A stretch of DNA of 64,000 nucleotides from an uncultured Lachnospiraceae bacterium (lineage in GTDB: Bacteria > Bacillota > Clostridia > Oscillospirales > CAG-272): the NCBI GenBank assembly GCA_964521785.1, contig CAZFTE010000004.1:9724-73723 (forward strand). Direction: 5' to 3'. Shown piece after piece: positions 48,956 to 58,965 of this stretch. How positions within the stretch are numbered: the first letter of the stretch is position 1; every line of letters begins with the position of its first letter. The position numbers and the translations under genes were made by a program. The notes beneath the pieces were generated by a model. That model did not search any database. It saw only the letters and a program-made list of their open reading frames with translations, and was not told the origin of the DNA.

Positions 48956-50064
48956 AAAGAGCCGCGTTTATATTGATATTTATCGGGATTTTTATCTTGC
49001 TCCCAATACCTGCACTCGCCGCGGAAAGTGAGGGCGCAAAAATAGACAGCGCGGATATTCCGGAGGAGATATCACGATATATTCCGGACGAGCTTTTTGA
49101 CGTGTCCGCCGATGAATTTTTGGAGATGTTCACAGTCGATGGCGTTTTAAAAACGGTTTTTGAAATAATAAAAACTGTATTTCCGAGCGTTATATCGGCG
49201 TTTTCGTTGCTTTTGGGACTTTGCGTTATTGCTTCTGTTATTCATGCATTGAAAAACAGCGTTGCTTCGCATACCGTCGGATATATATTGGAGTTCGTCT
49301 CGGTCCTGTGCATATCGGCGGCGACTTTTTCTTTTGTCAACGAACTTTTTGACGGATTCAGAAACTTCATTGAGCAGATAAGCACATTTATGACAACGAT
49401 GATACCTGTGCTCTCCGCGATAATGCTGACGAGCGGAGAGATAAGCTCGTCTGCTGTGTTTGGTACGGTATTGTCGGCAACGGTCGCGTTTTTGGAGAGC
49501 CTTTGCTCGACGACCTTGCTTCCCATGCTTTCGGCACTGCTGTGCATATCCGTAACATCTAAAGTGTGCGGAGAAGTTGATATTTCGGGCTTTTCAAAGC
49601 TTTTAAAGACCGTCATCACATATATTTTATCCGCGGTAATGCTCGTTTTGACGTGCGTTATGACGTTTCAAAGCGTTATTGCCAAGAGCGCGGACACAGC
49701 GGCGGTAAAAGGAGTTAAATTCGTGCTGGGAAATGCCGTGCCGATAGTCGGCGGAGCGCTTGCCGACGCTGTCGGAACGGTCGCTTCCTCCGTCGGCATG
49801 ATAAAAGCCGCCACGGGAATAGCGGGAGCTGTCGTCGTTTGCGTAATATTTGCCGTTCCCGTGCTAAAGCTTATTATGTGGAAGATAATGTTCGACGGTA
49901 TCGGCGCCGTAGCTTCCGCTTTTTCGTTGACGAAAGAAAGCTCGTTCTTCACGGAGATAGCGGAGCTTATTGGCTTCTTGACAGCAATAATGGCGAGCAT
50001 AGCGATATTTTTTATAATATCCATAACCGCAGTCTCGTTTTCGGGAGGAGGTGCTGTAAAATGA
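48952..50064 (+). CDS. spoIIIAE: stage III sporulation protein AE
   Basis: Start moved to ATG 48952 (ATGA overlap with AD). It has a signal peptide then a polytopic membrane protein; the length (370 aa) and position fit. Confidence 0.88.
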   Translation: MKRAAFILIFIGIFILLPIPALAAESEGAKIDSADIPEEISRYIPDELFDVSADEFLEMFTVDGVLKTVFEIIKTVFPSVISAFSLLLGLCVIASVIHALKNSVASHTVGYILEFVSVLCISAATFSFVNELFDGFRNFIEQISTFMTTMIPVLSAIMLTSGEISSSAVFGTVLSATVAFLESLCSTTLLPMLSALLCISVTSKVCGEVDISGFSKLLKTVITYILSAVMLVLTCVMTFQSVIAKSADTAAVKGVKFVLGNAVPIVGGALADAVGTVASSVGMIKAATGIAGAVVVCVIFAVPVLKLIMWKIMFDGIGAVASAFSLTKESSFFTEIAELIGFLTAIMASIAIFFIISITAVSFSGGGAVK

Positions 50065-50558
50065 GCGCTTTTTCCGAGTTTATAAAAGGAGCCTGCGTCG
50101 TGGCGATATCGGGCGGACTTGCCATGCTCCTCTCGCCCGAGGGAAAGACAAAACGATATGTAAAATTTATCATATCTCTCTGCATGGTGAGCGCACTGCT
50201 TGCGCCGATCATGTCGCTTTCTTCGGAGCTTGAACGATATATAGATGATATAGAGATACAGGCACAAGATGGCGCGAAGAACGATTCCGCGAAGGCAGAA
50301 GCCATGGTAGCCGCCGCGGCAAAGGAAAACATTGAAGATGAGATAGAACGGCTCATATGCTCTAAATTTGGCTTGAACAGCGATGAAACGTATATCGTCG
50401 TTGCCATCGACAGCGAGGATATTTCCGCTGTCAAGATAACGGATATCAACGTCTTTATAGACGATATCGGCAAGAGCGGAGAGATAAAAGAATATCTTTC
50501 GGAATTATTTTTGCGAACGGCGAATATAAATATTATTAAAAAGGGGGCGAAAGAATGA
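50061..50558 (+). CDS. spoIIIAF: stage III sporulation protein AF
   Basis: Start at ATG 50061 overlapping the AE stop. N-terminal TMs with LSPEGKTKRYVKFIISLCMVSALLAPI are typical of SpoIIIAF. Confidence 0.75.
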   Translation: MSAFSEFIKGACVVAISGGLAMLLSPEGKTKRYVKFIISLCMVSALLAPIMSLSSELERYIDDIEIQAQDGAKNDSAKAEAMVAAAAKENIEDEIERLICSKFGLNSDETYIVVAIDSEDISAVKITDINVFIDDIGKSGEIKEYLSELFLRTANINIIKKGAKE

Positions 50559-51058
50559 CCAAAGTCTTTGCAAATACCGATAAAAAGCGCATGATATTGC
50601 TTTTTGCCGTCGGTGCGCTCGGTGTATTGCTGATAATATTCGGCTATATCTCGCCTTGGAAAGAAAAAAGCGACGATAAAACGGAAGACAGCCAAATTTC
50701 TTTGCAAACTATGGAATATATTCACGATATAGAGAATAAGATTAGAAGCATGACGGAGATGATCGCGGGAAGCAAAAATGTGTCCGTGATGGTGAGTGCC
50801 GAAAGCGGTACCGAATACGTCTATGTTTCGAACGAAGATCTCAGCGAAAGCAATGTCTCAAGAGAGTACATAACGGTGAAAAACGAAAACGGTGTATATG
50901 AGCTTGTGCTTGCAAAAGAGGTCTATCCCGAAATAACGGGCGTTTCCATCGCTTGTCCGAACGGGGACGACTATTCCGTTAGGCGAAAGATAATAGACTC
51001 GGTATCGACGGCATACGGCATCTCCAAAAACCGTATCTGCGTAGTCGGAACAAAATAA
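50555..51058 (+). CDS. spoIIIAG: stage III sporulation protein AG
   Basis: 167 aa with an N-terminal TM and a C-terminal EITGVSIACPNGDD...NRICVV motif of SpoIIIAG. Confidence 0.8.
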   Translation: MTKVFANTDKKRMILLFAVGALGVLLIIFGYISPWKEKSDDKTEDSQISLQTMEYIHDIENKIRSMTEMIAGSKNVSVMVSAESGTEYVYVSNEDLSESNVSREYITVKNENGVYELVLAKEVYPEITGVSIACPNGDDYSVRRKIIDSVSTAYGISKNRICVVGTK

Positions 51059-51085
51059 AACAAAAATAAAAAGGAGAATCTTATC

Positions 51086-51748
51086 ATGAGAAACGAAGAA
51101 AGAGCGGCAAAGAGAATGAACGGAACGGAAACGGCGGGCGAAGCCATACTTGAACTCCCCGAAGCGCAAAAGAAGGATTTCAAGTTTAAGAGCGTTTTTA
51201 CAGCAGATGCTTTTAAAGAGGGCGCAAAGAAATTCGGCGTTCGCAATATAGCGATAGTTTTGTCCGTGTTCATTATAGGTGCGGCGGTATTCGTAAACTG
51301 GAAACTTTTCGGTGGACCCACAGACATCGCCGTTGGCGACGGCACTCAAGCGGGAAGTATCGGCACTTCTGACGGCGATGTAAGCGCAGGCGCTTCCGAT
51401 GATGTGAATTATTTCGAAGCGTCCCTCGTGGAGCGTGAACGCGCTCGCGATGAAGCGCTCGAAGTGCTTCAAGGTGTCGTGGACGATGCGGACTCTCTTG
51501 AGGCGGCAAAAGAACAGGCTTTGCTCGATATAGCGACGATGGCAAAAGTTATTGAAAATGAATCCAACATAGAAACGCTTATAAAAGCAAAAGGCTTTGA
51601 AGATTGCGTTGCCGTTATCAACGGTGAAAAAGCGAGCATTATCGTAAAGAGCGAAGGCTTGCAACCCAACGATCTTTCGCAAATACTCGAGATTGTATAT
51701 CTTCAGGCAGGCATACTTCCCGAAAATGTAACCATAATGGAAAAATGA
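51086..51748 (+). CDS. spoIIIAH: stage III sporulation protein AH
   Basis: 220 aa with a single TM and a C-terminal YscJ-like region (IKAKGFEDCVAVINGEKASIIVKSEGL). It is the last gene of the operon. Confidence 0.75.
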   Translation: MRNEERAAKRMNGTETAGEAILELPEAQKKDFKFKSVFTADAFKEGAKKFGVRNIAIVLSVFIIGAAVFVNWKLFGGPTDIAVGDGTQAGSIGTSDGDVSAGASDDVNYFEASLVERERARDEALEVLQGVVDDADSLEAAKEQALLDIATMAKVIENESNIETLIKAKGFEDCVAVINGEKASIIVKSEGLQPNDLSQILEIVYLQAGILPENVTIMEK

Positions 51749-51756
51749 TACCTAGA

Positions 51757-51800
51757 AACGCTCACCGCGAAAGCTTTTGCCTTTCGAGGTGAGCGTTTTT
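51757..51800 (+). terminator. rho-independent terminator of the spoIIIA operon
   Basis: AAACGCTCACC...GGTGAGCGTTT followed by a T run. Confidence 0.8.
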
Positions 51801-51811
51801 ATCATAAGAAA

Positions 51812-51845
51812 GAAAAAACTCGAAGCTTTTTGGCTTCGAGTTTTG
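51812..51845 (-). terminator. intrinsic terminator of the sugar ABC ATPase gene
   Basis: The minus strand reads AAAACTCGAAGC-CAAAAA-GCTTCGAGTTTT followed by a T run. Confidence 0.75.
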
Positions 51846-51861
51846 AATTTGCAAATGATAA

Positions 51862-53034
51862 TTAGTGGCAGATGCACTTTTCTGTGTCTTTGTCGAAGAT
51901 GTGAACACGTTCTGTATCGATAGCGATAGTGATAGTGTCGCCACCGCGAGCTGTGGAACGAGGAGATACACGAGCTGTGAGCTTAACTTCGCCGGAACGG
52001 TCGATAACAACGTTTTTCTTCTTCATAAGAGCTTCGTCAACAACTACTTTGTTAGCAACGAGGTAGAGGTAGATCTCAGCGCCCATAAGTTCTGTTACGT
52101 CAACGTATACATCGAAGGAAGAATCCTTGAGAGCAGCGATCTGAGCGGGTGTGTCAACGATAGCTTCGGGACGAACACCTGCGATAACTTCTTTGCCGAT
52201 GTAGTCTTTGAGTTCGGGAAGGTTAGCTTTGCCTTCGGGAAGTTTGATCTTAACTTCGCCGAATTCAAGGTATGTACCGTTATCTTCTTTAACGAGCTTG
52301 CAGTTGATGAAGTTCATCTGAGGTGTGCCGATAAAGCCTGCAACGAATGTGTTGCAAGGTGTATCGTAAAGGTTCTGAGGAGTATCTACCTGCTGTATGA
52401 TACCGTCTTTCATAACAACGATACGAGTAGCCATTGTCATAGCTTCGACCTGGTCATGCGTTACGTATACGAAAGTAGCGCCGAGTGTGTTATGAAGCTT
52501 TGTGATCTCAGTTCTCATGCCTGCACGAAGCTTAGCGTCAAGGTTGGAAAGCGGTTCGTCAAGAAGGAATACTTTAGGCTCACGAACGAGTGCACGACCG
52601 AGCGCAACACGCTGTTTCTGACCACCGGAAAGAGCCTTGGGGAATCTGTCGAGAAGGTGAGCGATATCGAGGATACGAGCTGCTTCTTCAACTTTACGTT
52701 TGATAGTTTCCTTGGGAACTTTGCGGAGTTTAAGACCGAACGCCATGTTATCGAATACTGTCATATGAGGATAAAGAGCGTAGTTCTGGAACACCATCGC
52801 GATATCACGATCTTTAGGAGCAACGTCGTTTACAAGACGGTCGCCGATGTAAAGTTCGCCTTCGGAGATCTCTTCAAGACCTGCGATCATACGAAGAGTT
52901 GTGGATTTACCGCAACCGGAGGGACCTACGAATACGATAAATTCAGTATCCTTGATCTCAAGGTTGAAGTCGGAAACGGCTGTAACGCCACCGGGGTATT
53001 TTTTGTAGATGTGTCTGAGTGATAAGCTTGCCAT
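51862..53034 (-). CDS. carbohydrate ABC transporter ATP-binding protein (MsmK/UgpC/MalK type), stand-alone
   Basis: 390 aa. GPSGCGKSTTLRMIAGLE, MVFQNYALYPHMTV, LSGGQKQRVALGRAL, and a C-terminal MalK-type regulatory domain. No adjacent permease genes. Confidence 0.9.
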   Translation of the reverse strand: MASLSLRHIYKKYPGGVTAVSDFNLEIKDTEFIVFVGPSGCGKSTTLRMIAGLEEISEGELYIGDRLVNDVAPKDRDIAMVFQNYALYPHMTVFDNMAFGLKLRKVPKETIKRKVEEAARILDIAHLLDRFPKALSGGQKQRVALGRALVREPKVFLLDEPLSNLDAKLRAGMRTEITKLHNTLGATFVYVTHDQVEAMTMATRIVVMKDGIIQQVDTPQNLYDTPCNTFVAGFIGTPQMNFINCKLVKEDNGTYLEFGEVKIKLPEGKANLPELKDYIGKEVIAGVRPEAIVDTPAQIAALKDSSFDVYVDVTELMGAEIYLYLVANKVVVDEALMKKKNVVIDRSGEVKLTARVSPRSTARGGDTITIAIDTERVHIFDKDTEKCICH

Positions 53035-53311
53035 AAAAACTCCATTCTCGGCGACAATAAGAAAAATTTTTTACCTCCCAGTCGCCGATGAGAGGGGAAA
53101 TATACGGGAAGCTGTTCCCGATAAAAAATAGATTACTGAAATGAAAAATATAAATGTTTTATTTTACTTTAATATTATAACAAAGAAACGCATTTTTTTA
53201 AAGATGTTATTTGTCCAATTTTTGCAAAAAATATTTGGTTATATTGCACAAAAGGTCAAAAAAGTTCTGTATTTTTGTGGAAAATAAAAGAATTTTCTAA
53301 TTTATTAAAAA

Positions 53312-55465
53312 TTAAAAACCTTTCATTGTAAGCCCTATCCTGCCCTTGGATTTGTCGAAGCTCTTTATCTTTACGCGGACATGATCTCCCACGGAAAGAG
53401 CCTCGCTAGGGTGCTTGATAAATTTTTCACATATCTCCGAAACGTGAATAAGACCGTCTTGATGCACTCCGATATCGACGAATGCGCCGAAGTCGATAAC
53501 GTTGCGAACTACGCCGTTCAATATCATTCCGACTTGGAGATCGTTCATGTCGAGGATATCGCTACGAAGTTCGGGCAAAGGCAAGCTCTCGCGGATATCT
53601 CTGCCGGGCTTTTCAAGCTCTTTTATGATATCGCGAACGGTAGGCTCGCCTGCTTCAAGTTCGCTCGCAAGCTTTGCCATGCCGTAAGCGTCAGCCACTT
53701 TTTCCAAGCCCTTGAGGCGGTATTCTTTTACGTCATTATCGGTATATTCGAATTTTGCGATTATCTTCTTTGCCAAGCCGTAAGATTCGGGGTGGATACC
53801 CGTATTGTCGAGTATCTCCGATGAGCCTGAGACTCTGAGAAAGCCCGCACACTGGCGGAAAGCTTTCGCTCCTATCTTGGGGACTTTGAGTATTTGAGCG
53901 CGGTCTTTAAATTCGCCGTTTTCTTCACGGTATTTTACGATATTTTTTGCTGAGGTCGCGTTGATGCCCGCGATATGCTCCAAAAGGGAATATGACGCCG
54001 TGTTGATGTCCACGCCGACGGAGTTTACACAATCTTCGACAACGCCCGAGAGCGCTTCGTCAAGCCTTGCTTCTTTCATATCGTGCTGATACTGACCGAC
54101 GCCGATGGATTTCGGGTCTATCTTGACAAGCTCCGCAAGGGAATCCTGTATTCTTCTTGCGATGGAAACGGCGCTTCTCTGCGTAACGTCAAAATCGGGA
54201 AATTCTTCCGCGCCGAGTTTGGAGGCGGAGTAAACGGACGCGCCTGCTTCACTCGTTACTATGTATTTTGTATTGCCGCCGAGTTCACGCAGAACATCGG
54301 AGATGAATATCTCACTTTCTTTGGACGCGGTACCGTTGCCGATGGAAACGACATCAACACCGTATTTGGTGATGAGCTTTTTGACAACTTTAGCGGCTTC
54401 TTCTTTTCTTTCCTGCGGCTTTGTGGGGTATATGACGGCGGTATCGAGTACCTTGCCTGTTTTGTCAACGACCGCGAGCTTACAACCTGTTCTGTAACCG
54501 GGGTCAAGACCGAGGACTGTCTTATCCTTTATGGGCGCCTGCATGAGAAGGTTTTTGAGGTTTTGAGAGAACAACTTTATTGCGCCTTCGCTTGCTTTGT
54601 CGAAAAGATCGGAGCGTATCTCTCTTTCTATGGACGGCGCGATAAGTCTGAAATAGCTGTCCGCAACGGCAAAAAGGATATTGTTGTAAACAGGACTTTT
54701 TACGTTCGTTACAACGAGCCTTGAAAGGTAATTGAGGATTATATCAGCCGATATGTCCACGCTTACTTTGAGGAACTCCTCTTTTTCGCCGCGAGTCATT
54801 GCGAGAACGCGATGAGAAGGAACCGTAGTGAGTTTTTCACTGTATTCATAATACATCTCGTAGACAGATGTCTCGTCTTTTGCTTTTTTAGATGTAAGGA
54901 AGCCGTATTCGTAAGTGAGCGCACGTATCTCTTTGCGGTAGTCCGCGTTGTCGGATATTTCCTCGGCGATTATATCGAGCGCGCCCGAAACGGCTGAAAA
55001 AGCGTCTTTTACGCCTTTTTCTTCGTCTATATATTTAGCTGCTTCTTCCGCTACCGAGGGAGAATATTCGTCTCTCTGCTCCATGATGAGCTGCGCGAGG
55101 GGCGCAAGACCGCGTTCACGAGCGACGGAAGCGCGAGTTTTGCGCTTTTGCTTGAACGGACGGTAGATGTCCTCCACTTCCGCGAGTATCTCCGCGGCGG
55201 AAAGAGCGTAATCTATCTCTTCCGTCATCTTGCCTTGCTCCGTTATGGCGTTGCGGACTTCTTCTTTGCGCTTTTCGAGATTGCGAAGATAGGTGAGTCT
55301 TTCTCCGAGCGAGCGAAGCTGTTCATCGTCGAGCGAACCCGTAACCTCTTTGCGGTAACGAGCGATGAACGGTATAGTGTTGCCGTCGTCCATAAGTTCG
55401 ACAGCCGCACGTATCTGTTCTTCTTTTATGGAAAGCTCTTGCGAGAGCTTTGCTATTATATCCAT
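53312..55465 (-). CDS. tex: Tex-like transcription accessory protein (S1 domain)
   Basis: Start at ATG 55465 (GGGAGGA SD). IPFIARYRKE at the N-terminus, YqgF/HHH regions, and a C-terminal S1 domain (GVVRNVIDFGAFVDIG). Confidence 0.92.
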   Translation of the reverse strand: MDIIAKLSQELSIKEEQIRAAVELMDDGNTIPFIARYRKEVTGSLDDEQLRSLGERLTYLRNLEKRKEEVRNAITEQGKMTEEIDYALSAAEILAEVEDIYRPFKQKRKTRASVARERGLAPLAQLIMEQRDEYSPSVAEEAAKYIDEEKGVKDAFSAVSGALDIIAEEISDNADYRKEIRALTYEYGFLTSKKAKDETSVYEMYYEYSEKLTTVPSHRVLAMTRGEKEEFLKVSVDISADIILNYLSRLVVTNVKSPVYNNILFAVADSYFRLIAPSIEREIRSDLFDKASEGAIKLFSQNLKNLLMQAPIKDKTVLGLDPGYRTGCKLAVVDKTGKVLDTAVIYPTKPQERKEEAAKVVKKLITKYGVDVVSIGNGTASKESEIFISDVLRELGGNTKYIVTSEAGASVYSASKLGAEEFPDFDVTQRSAVSIARRIQDSLAELVKIDPKSIGVGQYQHDMKEARLDEALSGVVEDCVNSVGVDINTASYSLLEHIAGINATSAKNIVKYREENGEFKDRAQILKVPKIGAKAFRQCAGFLRVSGSSEILDNTGIHPESYGLAKKIIAKFEYTDNDVKEYRLKGLEKVADAYGMAKLASELEAGEPTVRDIIKELEKPGRDIRESLPLPELRSDILDMNDLQVGMILNGVVRNVIDFGAFVDIGVHQDGLIHVSEICEKFIKHPSEALSVGDHVRVKIKSFDKSKGRIGLTMKGF

Positions 55466-55668
55466 ATGCTTTCCTCCCATTTGATCGTCTGTAATAAAAA
55501 TCAATATATATTTTATCATAATCGCGATAAAAAGTAAACAATAAAATGTCGAAGCGAAGTATTGCAAATAATGTGCGGATATGGTATACTGTACTTATGA
55601 TTTCGGCTCTTGACGGAGCGGATATTTACGGTAATATTTTATAGATCTATATTGAGGAAGAGAACATA

Positions 55669-56259
55669 ATGATAATAACTTATATACACGGCAACGGACT
55701 TTATGTAAATATGACGAATCGTTGCTCAAATGCGTGCGATTTCTGCGTAAGAAGCCACGGAGATACTGTTTACGGCAATCTTTGGCTCGACAGGGAGCCT
55801 ACTGTGGAAGAGATAAAGGAGAGCATATTCTCCCGCAATCTCTCCGTTTTTTCGGAGATAGTCTTCTGCGGCTACGGCGAACCTACCGCGCGTCTTAACG
55901 ATATGATAGAGATATGCAAAGCTATTCGCGAAAAGAGCGATATACAGATAAGAGTAAATACGAACGGTCATAGCGACCTTATCGCGGGAAGAGATACTTC
56001 TGCGGATTTCAAGGGACTTTTTGACGTCGTTTCGATAAGCCTCAATACATCGAACGCGGAAAATTACGAAAAGATGTGTTTGCCTAAATACAAAGGCGCG
56101 CACGAAGCGCTCATACGTTTTGCGGCAAACGTTAAAAAATATGTGCCGCGCGTCGTCCTTTCCGTTGTAGATACGACTATATCGAAAGAAGATATAGAAA
56201 AATGCCGCGAGATAGCGGAAAGTATCGGCGTTGAATTTCGCTTGAGAGAATATATCTGA
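55669..56259 (+). CDS. small radical SAM protein (TatD-associated radical SAM family-like)
   Basis: 196 aa with a CSNACDFC (CX3CX2C) cluster motif at residues 19-26, and FCGYGEPT and NTNGH blocks. Confidence 0.78.
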   Translation: MIITYIHGNGLYVNMTNRCSNACDFCVRSHGDTVYGNLWLDREPTVEEIKESIFSRNLSVFSEIVFCGYGEPTARLNDMIEICKAIREKSDIQIRVNTNGHSDLIAGRDTSADFKGLFDVVSISLNTSNAENYEKMCLPKYKGAHEALIRFAANVKKYVPRVVLSVVDTTISKEDIEKCREIAESIGVEFRLREYI

Positions 56260-56282
56260 TAATATTATCAAGAGGTGCGTTT

Positions 56283-56465
56283 ATGGCAAAAAATTCGAAA
56301 TGCGAATCGTGCGAATATTACGACTATGACGAATGGACGGAAACTTATCAGTGTACCATGTCTCTTGACGAGGACGAATATGCAAGGTTCCTTTCTTCAC
56401 ATACGTCGGAATGTCCGTATTTTAAATTTTACGACGAATATAAGAGCGTACAGAAGCAAAACTGA
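56283..56465 (+). CDS. 60-aa four-cysteine acidic mini-protein (DUF6472-like)
   Basis: CESC...C...C arrangement, an AGAGGTG SD, and a start 23 nt after the radical SAM gene stop. Confidence 0.6.
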   Translation: MAKNSKCESCEYYDYDEWTETYQCTMSLDEDEYARFLSSHTSECPYFKFYDEYKSVQKQN

Positions 56466-56558
56466 AGCGGGCGGCAGGGAAAAACACCTTGCCGTTCTTT
56501 GCTTTTTAAGGTTTTGGGCGAAAATTATAAAAAAATTCAATAAATTATTAAAAAACTA

Positions 56559-56587
56559 TTGACAAACGAGCATTTAAGTGCTATCAT
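56559..56587 (+). promoter_or_regulatory. sigma-A type promoter of the amino-acid ABC operon
   Basis: TTGACA, a 17-nt spacer, then TATCAT. Confidence 0.6.
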
Positions 56588-56643
56588 TATGTCATCGTTT
56601 TAACAAGATAAAACGAAATAATCAAAAAACAATTTGAAAAGAG

Positions 56644-57453
56644 ATGTTGACCATGAAAAAAATTATTGCTCTCGTACTTTCCGCCGCTCTTACGGCGTGC
56701 TGCCTCTTTGCTTTTGCAAGTTGCGGCGAAAAAGAAGATAACGTTCTTACTTGCGGCGTTACGATCTTCGAAAACATGAACGAACAGGATGACAACGGTA
56801 ACTGGACAGGCTTTGAATGTGATTTCGCAAGAGCTGTCGGCGAACTTATCGATATGGATGTTGAATTCCAGATCATCGACTGGGGTCAGAAATACAATGA
56901 ACTCAAATCCGGCAAGATCGATTGCATTTGGAACGGTTTTACTTCGAACGGCTCCGATAACGGTGTTGCAAGAAAAGACCTTGTCGATCTCTCTTACACA
57001 TATATGCTCAATCAGCAGTGCGTTGTAGTTAAGAAATCCAACCTCGATTCCATCAAGAGCGAAGCGGACCTCGCAGGCAAGACAGCTGCTGTTGAAAGCG
57101 GCAGTGCAGGCGCAAGCTACGCAAAAGATATCGTTGGCGACGACGGCAAACTTGTTGAATTTCCCGCGCAGATAAGCACATTCCTCGAAGTAAACTCCGG
57201 CAAATCCGATTTCGCCGTTGTTGATATCGTTCTTGCAAGAAACATCTGCGGTAAAGGCGACTATACAGACCTCGTTATCGTTGACTCCATCGAATTTGAA
57301 GCTGAATATTATGCAGTAGGCTTCAAAAAAGGCAGCGAACTTACCGCAAAGGTAAACGAAGCCATCAAGACTCTCAACGAAAACGGCAAGCTCCTCGAGA
57401 TCGCTAAAAGATACGGTCTTGAAAACAGCCTCAACGTTGTCGTTGAAGACTAA
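56644..57453 (+). CDS. amino acid ABC transporter substrate-binding lipoprotein
   Basis: Signal peptide with lipobox (LFAFASC). Family-3 SBP features (DWGQKYNELKSGKIDCIWNGFT). The start could instead be ATG 56653. Confidence 0.88.
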   Translation: MLTMKKIIALVLSAALTACCLFAFASCGEKEDNVLTCGVTIFENMNEQDDNGNWTGFECDFARAVGELIDMDVEFQIIDWGQKYNELKSGKIDCIWNGFTSNGSDNGVARKDLVDLSYTYMLNQQCVVVKKSNLDSIKSEADLAGKTAAVESGSAGASYAKDIVGDDGKLVEFPAQISTFLEVNSGKSDFAVVDIVLARNICGKGDYTDLVIVDSIEFEAEYYAVGFKKGSELTAKVNEAIKTLNENGKLLEIAKRYGLENSLNVVVED

Positions 57454-57477
57454 TTATAAAATACAAAGGAATATAAA

Positions 57478-58125
57478 ATGGGTTTTTGGAAAGTTACACT
57501 AAGTTTGCTCGGTGGACTGAAATGGACCTGCCTGATCTTTGCGCTAACATTAGTGTTAGCGCTTCCTTTGGGTCTGGTCATTGCGTTCGGTTCCATGTCT
57601 AAATTTAAGCCTTTGGCTTATGCTACAAAAGTTTTCGTTTGGATTATTCGCGGCGTGCCGTTGATGCTCCAAATTTTTGTCGTTTTCTATGTTCCGGGTC
57701 TTTTGTTCGACGGATTTTCCGGTTTTGACAGATTCCCCTCCGTACTTATCGCGTTCGTGATCAACTATGCTTGCTATTTTTCCGAAATATATCGTGGCGG
57801 CATAGAGGGAATAGCGAAGGGGCAGTATGAAGCGGGCGAAGTCCTCGGCATGACGAAAACACAGATATTTTTCAAAGTAGTTCTTATGCAGGTCGTAAAA
57901 CGCATCATTCCGCCTATGTCCAACGAGATAATCACGCTCGTTAAGGATACGGCGCTTGCTCGCGTTATCTCCGTTGCGGAGATGTTGAAGGCGGCGGAAA
58001 ACTTCGCCAGCATGGGTCTTGTTTGGCCTATGTTCTATACTGCGGTATTCTACCTCATCTTCGTAGGCTTGCTCACGCTTCTTTTCGGATATTTCGAGAA
58101 AAAGCTCTCTTATTATAAAGCGTAA
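57478..58125 (+). CDS. amino acid ABC transporter permease
   Basis: 215 aa. HisMQ-type permease with an EAA-like loop (EAGEVLGMTKTQIFFKVVLMQ). Confidence 0.9.
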   Translation: MGFWKVTLSLLGGLKWTCLIFALTLVLALPLGLVIAFGSMSKFKPLAYATKVFVWIIRGVPLMLQIFVVFYVPGLLFDGFSGFDRFPSVLIAFVINYACYFSEIYRGGIEGIAKGQYEAGEVLGMTKTQIFFKVVLMQVVKRIIPPMSNEIITLVKDTALARVISVAEMLKAAENFASMGLVWPMFYTAVFYLIFVGLLTLLFGYFEKKLSYYKA

Positions 58126-58137
58126 GGAGGGGCGACG

Positions 58138-58938
58138 ATGGCTTTTTTGGAAGTTAAAAATATTACAAAAAAATTCAGCAAGACCGAAGTTTTGAAGGGA
58201 ATAGATCTTTCCCTTGAAAAAGGTCAGGTCCTCTCTATAATCGGTTCTTCGGGCAGCGGTAAGACGACTCTTTTGCGTTGTCTCAATTTTCTCGAAACAC
58301 CCGATACGGGCAAGATATTCGTTGACGGCGATTGCATCTTCGATTCCGACGATACGAGCAAAAAATCTTTCAGTGAGATAAGAGAGAAGAGACTCAGCTT
58401 CGGTCTGGTATTTCAATCTTTTAATCTTTTTCCGCAGTATTCCGTTATAAGGAACCTTACTCTCGCGCCCAGATTGCGCGCAAAAGAGGAAGTTAAGAAA
58501 CAGAAACTCGGTAAAGCCGTGCTTAAAGAAAAATACGCAGAGATAGAAGAAAAAGCAAAAGCCACGCTTGCTTCCGTCGGTCTTTCCGAAAAGGCGGATT
58601 TTTATCCTTGCCAACTTTCGGGCGGTCAGCAACAGCGCGTTTCCATCGCGCGTGCGCTCATGCTCGATCCCGATATATTGTTCTTTGACGAACCGACGAG
58701 CGCCCTCGACCCTGAAATAACGGGCGAAGTGCTCAAAGTCATCAAAGGACTTGCCGCTCGCAACATGACCATGATAATAGTTACTCACGAGATGAATTTT
58801 GCCCGCGAGGTATCGGACAAAATAGTATTTATGGATAACGGCGTCGTTGCGGTAGAGGGAACACCCGAAGAGATATTCGACAGCTCATCGGACAGACTCA
58901 GAGCATTTCTTTCCGCATTCGGCGGCTCTCCCGATTAA
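58138..58938 (+). CDS. amino acid ABC transporter ATP-binding protein
   Basis: 266 aa. [40 protein letters not shown]. It carries a short Lys/Glu-rich insertion before the signature motif. Confidence 0.92.
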   Translation: MAFLEVKNITKKFSKTEVLKGIDLSLEKGQVLSIIGSSGSGKTTLLRCLNFLETPDTGKIFVDGDCIFDSDDTSKKSFSEIREKRLSFGLVFQSFNLFPQYSVIRNLTLAPRLRAKEEVKKQKLGKAVLKEKYAEIEEKAKATLASVGLSEKADFYPCQLSGGQQQRVSIARALMLDPDILFFDEPTSALDPEITGEVLKVIKGLAARNMTMIIVTHEMNFAREVSDKIVFMDNGVVAVEGTPEEIFDSSSDRLRAFLSAFGGSPD

Positions 58939-58965
58939 ATCAAGATCATATAAGGAAATATAATT

